From Alphaproteobacteria bacterium (GTDB lineage: Bacteria; Pseudomonadota; Alphaproteobacteria; UBA828), in the NCBI GenBank assembly GCA_965220745.1, contig CBDCQT010000013.1, positions 1 through 64,000 on the forward strand: a DNA stretch of 64,000 nucleotides, read 5' to 3'. The translations under genes were made by a program, and so were the position numbers. The notes under the pieces were generated by a model, which saw nothing but the letters and a program-made list of their open reading frames with translations, had not been told where the DNA came from and did not search any database. Below, piece by piece: positions 22,911 through 31,488 of this stretch (position 1 is its first letter; each line of letters begins with the position of its first letter).

Positions 22911-23948
22911 TCAGTCGCGCGGGCGCCCGGGTTTGCGGGCCAGGAAAAAGAACATCGGCGTGAAGACGCCGGACTTGCCGCCGTCCACCAGCGCGTCCGC
23001 TCCCGCATTCAGGAGCGTGCTGACTGCGCGGGCGCCCTCGGGAAAGAGCCGCAGCCGTTCCCCCACCCGCAAAGTGAAATTAGTCAGAACGCGGCCGACC
23101 GGCGTGCGCGGAATACTCGAAAGACTGAGGTCGCGGCCTTGCAAGGAACGGTACCACGGCATCTCCGGGTCCGCTTCGGGTGCGCGGTCGCGCGCTTCCA
23201 GGAGCTCGAACCCGGCCGTCTGCAATGCGGCGGAAACTTCCGACGTGGTCGCGATATCCGGCAGCCCATTCCCGGCCATGATATCGTTTTTTATTCGCCG
23301 GTGCTCCGTCTTGCCGGTATCAAATATGTCGGTAACGCACCACTCGTAGCCCGCGAAACAGGCCCCCGGACGCAGCACGCGCAAGACCTCGCGGAACGCC
23401 GCTGTCTTGTCGGGTGCGTGGGGCATGGACTCGATCGCCATGGCGGCATCGTAGCGGTCGTCGTCGTCGGGAATCTCCATGTAGTCACTGTGAATAAAGC
23501 GACATAACGACTGGACATCCCGAGTGTGCAGTCTTGCGCGCTCGATCTGGTAGGCGTTGTTGTTGACGCCGACAAAGCTCGCCCCGAAATGACGGGCCAG
23601 ATTGCCCATCGGTCCGCCGACCCCGCATCCCAGATCGATTACTTGCATACCCGGCTTCAGGGACAGCTTTTCAGCGAGGAAATGCTGGTGTCTGAGCAGC
23701 GATGCCTTGAAGCTCTCGCCCCGGCTGCGGGGTGCGAAGTGAAAGGATTGGCCCCAACCGAACTCGTAGAAGTCGGTCGCCAGGTCGTAGTAGCGACTCA
23801 CGAACGAGCGATAATGCTCTTTCCTGTGTTCCAGGCCGGCGTCAAAGATTTCGGTGTATCCATCGACCGTGGACTTTACTTCGTCCGGAGCGAGGCCCGC
23901 GAGGAAGCGCGCTTTCGATCGGGTGGCGGAGGTGCGATTCATGGGCAC
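22911..23948 (-). CDS. smt: Sterol C-24 methyltransferase (ERG6/SMT family)
   Basis: YYDLATDFYEFGWGQSFHFA, DLGCGVGGP, IESMPHAP, YEW, GNGLP. Start may be ATG 23942. Confidence 0.92.
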   Translation of the reverse strand: MPMNRTSATRSKARFLAGLAPDEVKSTVDGYTEIFDAGLEHRKEHYRSFVSRYYDLATDFYEFGWGQSFHFAPRSRGESFKASLLRHQHFLAEKLSLKPGMQVIDLGCGVGGPMGNLARHFGASFVGVNNNAYQIERARLHTRDVQSLCRFIHSDYMEIPDDDDRYDAAMAIESMPHAPDKTAAFREVLRVLRPGACFAGYEWCVTDIFDTGKTEHRRIKNDIMAGNGLPDIATTSEVSAALQTAGFELLEARDRAPEADPEMPWYRSLQGRDLSLSSIPRTPVGRVLTNFTLRVGERLRLFPEGARAVSTLLNAGADALVDGGKSGVFTPMFFFLARKPGRPRD

Positions 23949-24130
23949 ATTCTGCCAGAGTCATACGCCGTCCCCAAGACCGGAAAGTCATGGGAAACTC
24001 CGATGCCTCGCTTCATGACGCCGATATCCACGGAGTCCCAGGCGCAGCGCCCTTGTTCGGGGCGCCGGACTTTCCACAGGGTACAATGGGGCGAGAGGCA
24101 ACGCCGCAGCGCCAGAGAGGATGGGACCAC

Positions 24131-24865
24131 ATGGCTGAAAAGCAAGCCGCGCAAACCCGTTCGGATCGCGACACCCACCGGACTCGGTTGGCGATTGCGC
24201 CGGTCGTATTCACGGGGCTGGTCATCGCAATTCTGACAGCGTCCGGCATCGGTGCGCGCTACGGCGTCCGCGGGGATTTCGACGTTATCCATGGGCTTCT
24301 GATCCTCTTCTTTTCCGTAAATCTGGTGATCTGTCATTGGGAGATATGCCTGTTCTTCAAACGCGACTACATCGAGAAACGCGCTCAATACTGGCGCGAA
24401 CGCTCGCGAGAGACGGGCCGGACGTCGGCGGTCGAATTCCTCACCGGAAGGGTTCCCTTGACGCGAATATTGTCGTCGATGGTGTGGGCGGACGTCTGGG
24501 CCACGTATTCCCAGTTCGACAGTTCCTACGCGGACCGGCGCACATACGGTTACAACGTAGATATCGCCAACGGCTTCGTAACGCCGGTACCGACGCTGAT
24601 CCTCTTTGCCGCCTTCACCGTCGATTTCTTGCCCGCCCTCGTCGCCGGCATTATGGGAGCGATGATATTCTGGCAGTTGACCTACGCGACGTCGGTCTAC
24701 TGGGTCAGCTTCTTCGTGGCCAATCGACAAAGCCGCCTCGGCCGAAAGGATATGTACATCTATATCTGGGCGCTGAATTGCCCGTGGGTGCTGTTCGCCC
24801 TGCTGGGACTCTACGTCTCGATTCGCCTGATCGTGAACGGCGACTACAGCGTTCTCGGCTATTGA
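24131..24865 (+). CDS. Membrane protein, putative EBP/EXPERA-type sterol delta8-delta7 isomerase
   Basis: About five TM segments; CHWEI, VWATYSQFDSSY (WxxYxxxDxxY) and WALNCPW resemble EBP motifs; adjacent to sterol genes. Confidence 0.6.
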   Translation: MAEKQAAQTRSDRDTHRTRLAIAPVVFTGLVIAILTASGIGARYGVRGDFDVIHGLLILFFSVNLVICHWEICLFFKRDYIEKRAQYWRERSRETGRTSAVEFLTGRVPLTRILSSMVWADVWATYSQFDSSYADRRTYGYNVDIANGFVTPVPTLILFAAFTVDFLPALVAGIMGAMIFWQLTYATSVYWVSFFVANRQSRLGRKDMYIYIWALNCPWVLFALLGLYVSIRLIVNGDYSVLGY

Positions 24866-25007
24866 TCAGGGGTTCGCCCGCGAAGACACCGATCAAGGCG
24901 ACTGATCTCGCCATGACTCCAAGTGTTGTCTCACAGCGAATGTCCCAGCAGACGACGACCGTGAAGAGTATAGTCTAAGAGTCTGGCCTATAATAAGGTG
25001 TTGATTT

Positions 25008-25420
25008 TCAGTATCTTACTAGTCTTCTGGTGAGGAGTTGAACGCTGGCGATGAAGAGCCACGCTTGGGCGGTGGCGACGGTGGCCTCGAAGTCCTTGGC
25101 GAGCCGTCGATTGCGCTTCAACCAAGACAGTGTGCGCTCGACCACCCAGCGGCGCGCCAGGATATCGAACCCTCGCGTATCGGCCGGGCGTTGGACAATC
25201 TCCAGGGTCCACCGACCGATCCGCTCCAGAGCCGCCGCGAGCTTGGGGCCGGCATAGGCACCATCGGCGAAGACGTGACGCAGCCAGGGGAAGGCGTGGC
25301 GGATGGACGCGAGCACCGAGGGGGCGCCGTCGCGATCCTGGATGTTGGCAGCGTGGACCTGAGCGGCAACCAACAGGCCGCCGGTGTCGGTGAGGATGTG
25401 GCGTTTGCGCCCCTTGATTG
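25008..25420 (-). pseudogene. IS5 family transposase, C-terminal fragment
   Basis: IKGRKRHILTDTGG, DGAYAG, RRWVVERTLSWL..RRLAKDFE; N-terminal part absent. Confidence 0.85.
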
Positions 25421-26175
25421 TCGGACGGCGGGGCGGACGGCATCGCCATCCCGCGCTCGGCGCTATGCGCCGTTGCGCCATGCGCCAGCATCATCCTTCC
25501 CGTATCGTGTCGCGATACGTCAAGCGTTGCTGCGCTCCGCCATGGCCCGCGCCCAACTCCGTCCCATGGTGGATGCTTTCCCCTGCCATCCAGCCCGTAC
25601 CCCGTCGCACGCCCATTGTTCGCGCCACGCCCCCGGACCGTTGCTTGAGCCGGCGCTCTCTCCCCCGGTCTGCACATCGATGGCGCTCATGGTGGTTCGC
25701 ACCGGATTCGCCAAGGCGGCCGCCATCGCCTTGTCGCTCATCCCTGCTGAATCGGAGCGCTTCGCCACTCTCTCCCCGCGCCCCGATTATCTCGACACTC
25801 TCAATCAGCTACGAATAAGCGCCATGCCGCCCCACCTTGCCAACCAGGAAGGTGCACCGCTCAGGTGAAGCGCCCGGACCGATACTATCTGTTGTTGTTC
25901 CCGCCGAGCAACTCACTACATGATGTGTCTCGTGGTGAGTGAAGCACGCGAGAGAGAAGGTAACCCATCACACCTGTGCAAGCTGACGCTTGCGGGAGCG
26001 AACCGGAGCCGCCTGACTGGCCATGGAGGCCGAACGATATAACGCCTGTACAAGGACTTGGCGTGCCCCTTCACGCAGTCGCAGCTGGCCATGAAAGGCT
26101 GCCGGCGTCGGGTACTGCTAGTCAGGCCCCGGCGGTCATGAACGCGTTCGCCCAACGGTTCGGGAACCTGCCGCC

Positions 26176-26315
26176 ATGGTAGCGACCATCGGTCAGATGG
26201 CGTCTGCCGAATACTACCTGGAGAGCCAACGCTCGTTCCGGCACCCCAACGAGTATTACACGGCCGGAGAGGAGCCGGACGGCACCAGGTTCAACACCAA
26301 GAGTCTGCTCGGCCT
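26176..26315 (+). pseudogene. MobF (TrwC-type) relaxase N-terminal stub
   Basis: MVATIGQMASAEYYLESQRSFRHPNEYYTAGEEPDG carries the double-YY pattern; similarity ends before the HUH motif, next to an IS1380 remnant. Confidence 0.7.
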
Positions 26316-26429
26316 GAATGCGAGCGCACAAGGGCTCCCGTTCGGCGCCTTTGTGGTGCCGATGTCTGAGGTTTTCCGTGTCGGGGTTAGGGGTTGAAGG
26401 GTCTCGGGTTGGCGGAGCACGTCGCCCCG

Positions 26430-27585
26430 GCGGTCGCGGTCCAGTGGTGGCGAGGCGGCCGGCGAGCACGCGGAACAGGGCAGCGTCGGGACAGGCCGAG
26501 GCGAAGTGGATGCGGATGCGCGCGGCTCGCTCGATCACCTGGGCGCCAATCTTGAGCAGGCTCCGACGGATGGTGGCGAACTCGGACCAGGCGAGTGGCA
26601 CCGCGTCGCGGAGCGCGAGCATCAGCCAGTAGGCGGCGGTGTGGATGATCAGCCGGAACTGGTTGGCGAGAGGGCTCTGGCGGGAGGTCCGGTCGGAGGC
26701 GAGCTGGGCCTTGTGCTGCTTGATCAGGTTTTCCGCCTGTCCGCGCGCGCAGTAGGTCCCTTCCTAGAGGCGGCAGGGCTCGCCCTCGAGCGAGGCGACG
26801 ATGTAGCGCGCGGCGTCGCCTCCAGTCGGGCGACGATCTTGCGCTCGCGGCGCCATGAGCCGGCGGCGTAATCGAAGCTGGCAAAGCCGCGCATCCTCTC
26901 CGGCCCGGCCTCGGCGCGGCGCACCTTGAGATCGTCGCCGACCTCGTAGGCCAGCGCGTGCAACGCGGCGTTGCCGGCCAGGCCGAAGATGTAGTCGACG
27001 CCGTTCGCCTTGCACCACGCCATCGCCTCGGTCCGGCCGTAGTGGCTGTCTCCCCGGAAGACGATCCGGGTGTGCGGCCAGTGGCGGCGGATGCGGCGGA
27101 CCAAATGCTTCAGCAGGGTGCGGACCTCGGGCCCCGACGGCGCCTTGCCCGGACGCAGGAGAACCGCCACCGGCTTGCCGCTCTCCACATGATAGACGTG
27201 GACGGGAAGGAAGCAGCGCGTGTCGTAGTAGGCGTGGAAGAGCGAGAGCTGCTGGTGCCCGTGCACGGCATCGCAGGTGTCGTCGATGTCGAGCGTGATC
27301 GCCGCCGGCGGGGAAGCGAAGGAACGGCAGAAGATGTCGACCAGCGCGGCCGCCAGACGCCCTACCTCGATGCGCGACGGCGCGTTCTCCAGCCGGCACA
27401 TGGTCGGCTGCGAGCACAGATCGCGCCCGCTCTCCGGCGCCCGGCCCACCGCCAGCTTGAACAGCGGATCGCCGCGCAGCGCGTCGCAGTCGTCGGCGTC
27501 CTCGTATCCGCAGGCGATCGCGAACATGCGGAAGCGCAGCATCGCCGGCAGCGTGTGGACCACCCGGTCGGGGTCGCGCCACCCC
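26430..27585 (-). pseudogene. IS1380 family transposase, truncated and frameshifted
   Basis: AIACGYEDADD, SQPTMCRLEN, LDIDDT, RGDSHY, RGQAENLIK; frameshift near 26815, stop near 26764, 5' end missing. Confidence 0.9.
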
Positions 27586-28224
27586 CGGATGGAACCGGCC
27601 GCCGCCCGCCAGCCAGAGATCGACGGGATTGACCAGCCCTTCGTAGTCAACGCAGGGCCGGCGATAGACCGAGCGCAGCAGGGAGATGCACTGATTCGCG
27701 GTCGCCCAGCCGTGTTTCTCGGTGATGCGGTTGAAACGGTCCTCCACGTCTCTGCGCGTGATGCTGTCGAGGGAACGGCCGAGCCAATCCGCGAGAGGCC
27801 GCTCGAACCGATCGCGATAGTTCTCGTTGGTGCTCGCGTTCCGCTTGGGATTGGCCGCCATGTACTGCTCGAAGGCCTGTTTGAGCAGCGGCATGCGCCG
27901 GCTCCTGGCACGGGTCGCCGCCGGGTCTTCGCCCACGGCGACCATGCCCAGCAGCCTGTGGGCCTCGCGCCGTGCGTGCTCGGCCGCCATCCTGTCGCAG
28001 CGTCCGATGACGAGGCGCTTGTTGGGCGCCGCCCTGCCGCCCGCGCCGGGGCGGTAGTTGACGATGTAGGACTTGACGCCCGAGGGATGGACCTGGACGC
28101 CGAAGCCTGTGAGCTTGTCGTCCCATGCGATCCATGGCTTGTGGGCGGGCTTGAGGCTGTCGATGGCGCGCTTTGCGATTGTGAGCTTGACGCGCGCGAC
28201 GCGCTTTCCGGGTGTGACTGGCAT
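27586..28224 (-). pseudogene. Tyrosine integrase, N-terminal arm-binding and core-binding part only
   Basis: KLT..AIDSL, WDDKLTGFGVQVHPSGVKSY, IGR (DUF4102-like); runs directly into IS1380 sequence, so the catalytic domain is lost. Confidence 0.85.
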
Positions 28225-28412
28225 GAGGGAATGATGGCATGGCGAAACATACAAATCAACACTACCCACAACACATGAAAGTAACTTCAGGACCGCTCGG
28301 GGGCCTCCAGGCCGCTTGAGGCCGGATAGATCATTTCAACACCACAACAAAATCAACCTCCAGGGCTCTCCAGGCATCTCAGGATACCAGGAGGAACAAC
28401 AGATCACTATGG

Positions 28413-28444
28413 TTTCTCACCAGGGTCACGACCATGGTGAGAAA
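28413..28444. repeat. Right att candidate: 14-bp direct repeat inside a 32-bp imperfect palindrome
   Basis: TTTCTCACCA-G-GGTC-AC-GACC-A-TGGTGAGAAA; 28415-28428 matches 12384-12397; ~190 bp upstream of the integrase. Confidence 0.6.
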
Positions 28445-28511
28445 TGCGGGCTGGCATTGACGGGAGTACAGTGATCGGTTGTGGGATCGGGGGATCGGGG
28501 CGGGGGATGTT

Positions 28512-29723
28512 ATGCGTGGCAGCACCGGCAAGCCGCTGTTGTGCCTCTCCAACCGGGCCGCCAGGAAGCTGTTCCTGGACCGGCACGGCCTTGGGCGCCC
28601 GCCGGAAGGAGAAGATCTCACGGGGCTGATCGCGCGGCTGGGATTCGTCCAGATCGACAGCATCGCGACGGTCGAACGCGCCCACCACATGATCCTGGCC
28701 TCCCGGCGCAGAAGCTATCGGCCGCAACAACTCGACGACCTGCTGGAACGGCGGCGCGCGCTGTTCGAGCACTGGACCCACGATGCGTCGGTGATCCCCA
28801 TCTCGTTCTATCCCTACTGGCGGCTGCGCTTTCGCCGCGACGCCGAAATGCTGCGCGCGCGCTGGCAAAAGTGGCGCGGGGCGGAATTCGAGGAGCGGTT
28901 CGACGAGGTGCTGGAGCGCATCCGCGAGGGTGGGCCCGTCATGGCGCGCGAGCTCGGCGGCAGCCGACGGCGTGACGCATCTGCCTGGTGGGACTGGCAT
29001 CCGTCGAAGACGGCGCTGGAATTCCTCTGGCGCACCGGCGCGCTCGCCATCGACCGGCGCGAGGGCTTCCAGAAGGTCTTCGATCTGGCCGACTGCGTGA
29101 TCCCGGCCCCCGTCCGCGCTGCCGTACCAGACGACCGAGAAACGCTGGACTGGGCATGCGCGAGTGCTCTCGACCGGCTCGGCTTCGCATCCGCCCGAGA
29201 GATCGCGGCCTTCTGGGACACGGCCTCTCTCGACGAGGCGCGGTCCTGGTGCGCCGCCCACGACACCGGCGAACTGGTCGAGGTGGTGGTGGAAGGCGCG
29301 CGCCCCGGTGAGGTTCGCCGCGTGTTCGCGCGGCCCGACTCATGCGAGCAGGCCGAGCGGGCGCCGGAGCCGCCCGGCGGGGTGCGTGTGCTCAGCCCCT
29401 TCGACCCGCTGCTGCGCGACCGCAAGCGTGCTGAATGGCTGTTCGGCTTCCGCTACCGCATCGAGATCTACGTGCCGGAGAAGAAGCGCGAATACGGCTA
29501 CTACGTCTTCCCGCTGCTGGAAGGCGACCGGCTTGTCGGGCGTATCGACATGCGCCGCCGGGAGGGCCGGCTCTGCGTGCGGGCGCTCTGGCCCGAGCGC
29601 GGCGTGCGCCTCGGCAAGGGGCGGCTGGAGCGCATCGGGCGCGAACTCGCCCGCATCGCCCGCTTCTGCGGCTGCGACGGCCCGGTGTTCGAGAACGGAT
29701 GGATCAGGGAGAGCCGGGAGTAG
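28512..29723 (+). CDS. YcaQ/AlkZ (HTH_42) family crosslink-repair DNA glycosylase
   Basis: VQIDS (QxD), FEHWTHDAS, LSPFDPLL, YGYYVFPLL. Confidence 0.85.
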   Translation: MRGSTGKPLLCLSNRAARKLFLDRHGLGRPPEGEDLTGLIARLGFVQIDSIATVERAHHMILASRRRSYRPQQLDDLLERRRALFEHWTHDASVIPISFYPYWRLRFRRDAEMLRARWQKWRGAEFEERFDEVLERIREGGPVMARELGGSRRRDASAWWDWHPSKTALEFLWRTGALAIDRREGFQKVFDLADCVIPAPVRAAVPDDRETLDWACASALDRLGFASAREIAAFWDTASLDEARSWCAAHDTGELVEVVVEGARPGEVRRVFARPDSCEQAERAPEPPGGVRVLSPFDPLLRDRKRAEWLFGFRYRIEIYVPEKKREYGYYVFPLLEGDRLVGRIDMRRREGRLCVRALWPERGVRLGKGRLERIGRELARIARFCGCDGPVFENGWIRESRE

Positions 29724-29780
29724 GGGGAGCCGATCCGGGCGGCTTCACCGCAATACAACTCACGCCGCGTCTTTTCTCTC

Positions 29781-30173
29781 CTACACCGCCGCCTCCGGCT
29801 CCACCAGCGCCTCCGCCTTGGCGCGATCGTCGGCGGATATGGCGACCGTGGCGTAGCCATTACGGCGGTCCAGTATGTGCAGGCTCTGGATACTTACGCC
29901 GGCCTGCTTGAACTTCTCCGCCAGCCTGGCCAGCGCGCCCGGCTCGTCGCGCAGTCTCAGGACCAGCGACTCGTCGGATACGGTCTTGAAGCCCGCGTCC
30001 GTCAGCGCGCGCAGGGCGCCGTCGTGGTCGTCGGCGGTGAGCGTAATCGCGCCCTTCTCCCCCAGCGCCTCCGCGCTGATGGTTTCGATATTGATGTTGC
30101 GCTCGGCCAATGCTCCGGCGATGTCGGCGATGACGCCCGCCTCGTTGTTGGCAATGACGACGATCCTGGTCAT
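29781..30173 (-). CDS. Tandem ACT domain protein
   Basis: NEAGVIADIA..NINI and DEPGALARLA..GVSI; start overlaps the decarboxylase stop (ATGA). Confidence 0.8.
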   Translation of the reverse strand: MTRIVVIANNEAGVIADIAGALAERNINIETISAEALGEKGAITLTADDHDGALRALTDAGFKTVSDESLVLRLRDEPGALARLAEKFKQAGVSIQSLHILDRRNGYATVAISADDRAKAEALVEPEAAV

Positions 30174-31303
30174 GCGGTTGTCCCCGTTTCGTCTCTTGGT
30201 GCCGTTGCTCCACGCATGCAGTCGTCCACCACGGCGTCGATTGTCTCGCGCGTTACGTGCGGCATCGCGATGAGGTGCGCGATGTCCTCGTAGGGCGCGA
30301 GCTGCCACTTGCGTACGACATCCGCTGGCGGCCTGGGAAACACGACGGTGACAGAGTTCCTGTTGCGCCACGCGGGGATGCCGCCGTCGTTGAAGCGCGT
30401 GACCGCGTATTCCGCCGCTTCGAGGCATCCATTCACGATGCGCCTGAAGCCGTCCAGCCCCTTCTGCTCGAACGCGTACCACAGCATCAGCGGCGTCAGC
30501 GCATTGCGTGAGCCCGTGAGCGTGGTGTCCAGCACGCCCACGTACTCGACGGCACGCGCGATGCGCGACACGTACTCGCGCCGGGTCAGCGCGACGCCGC
30601 AGGGCAGCGGCGAGCCGACCATCTTGTGCCCGCTGATCGCAACGCTGTCGAACCCGGCATCGAACCCGTAGGGCTGCGGGTCGTCCACGAACGGCAGTAT
30701 CATGCCGCTCAAGGCGGCGTCCGCGTGCAGGTAGGATCGGGTCACCGCGAGGTCGCTCAGGATGTCGCGGATCTTGCCCACGTCATCGATCGCGCCCTTC
30801 ATCGTCGTGCCGATGTTTGCCATCACGATTGCGGGCACGTCCCGGTTGATGCGGATCGTCTCGCGGAGGTCGTCGTAATCGATCTCCCCGTTGTCCTGGC
30901 TCCTGATCATGATGTTGCGCACCTTCAGCACGCTCATGATCTTGACCACGCTGTAGTGGGTATCCTGCGAGAAATAGACTACGCCGTCCGGATAGAGTTC
31001 CCGCCCCAGGTAGAGGCCGTACATGTTGCCCTCGGTGCCGCCCGACGTGACGTAACCCCACACCTGTTCGCGCGAAATGTGCATCAAGTCGGCGAAGATG
31101 CCGATGACCTCGCGCTCGATCTCGTGTGTGTTGCTCTGGAAGTTGCTGTCGTGGAAGGGATCGCCCACGTTGTTGAGAGCGTACTGCATAAAGGGCAGAA
31201 GTGCTGCGTAGTCGAAATCCAGATTGCAGGGATAGCCAACAGAATGCCGACTCAACTCATCGAATTCTCGAAGGAGAGAATCGAGTCTTTCCAGGTTATC
31301 CAC
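30170..31303 (-). CDS. PLP-dependent group II decarboxylase (histidine/serine decarboxylase type)
   Basis: GYPCN, NNVGDPF, SGGTEGN, HYSV, HADAALSG, SGHK (PLP lysine). Confidence 0.88.
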   Translation of the reverse strand: MDNLERLDSLLREFDELSRHSVGYPCNLDFDYAALLPFMQYALNNVGDPFHDSNFQSNTHEIEREVIGIFADLMHISREQVWGYVTSGGTEGNMYGLYLGRELYPDGVVYFSQDTHYSVVKIMSVLKVRNIMIRSQDNGEIDYDDLRETIRINRDVPAIVMANIGTTMKGAIDDVGKIRDILSDLAVTRSYLHADAALSGMILPFVDDPQPYGFDAGFDSVAISGHKMVGSPLPCGVALTRREYVSRIARAVEYVGVLDTTLTGSRNALTPLMLWYAFEQKGLDGFRRIVNGCLEAAEYAVTRFNDGGIPAWRNRNSVTVVFPRPPADVVRKWQLAPYEDIAHLIAMPHVTRETIDAVVDDCMRGATAPRDETGTTA

Positions 31304-31488
31304 AGTCGCCCCCTTTACCGACGTGTTGCAAGAAGATCAGCTACGCAGAAACGGTCTTCGCCTTACGGTCACCTCCAGACCACGTTTTCTCGATTGTTAT
31401 TCGGCGCATGGGTTGCGCGCCGATCGGCGCGATAACCTATTGAAGCGGCTTGATACTGCGGGGTCAAAAACGCACGCCGAACAAACAC

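Larger units (their letters stand above)
12384..28444. mobile_element. Decayed integrative mobilizable element / genomic island carrying the sterol cluster
   Basis: Flanking direct repeat, terminal integrase remnant, relaxase stub, three IS elements. Confidence 0.7.

Noticed and set aside
14688-24865. Steroid degradation cluster or eukaryotic contamination
   Set aside because: Cyclase, epoxidase and SMT are biosynthetic. Genes are intronless, overlap in bacterial operon style and are contiguous with bacterial IS and atp genes.
26724-28274. Novel integrase-transposase fusion protein
   Set aside because: The two parts are in different frames and both are truncated; it is a deletion scar.
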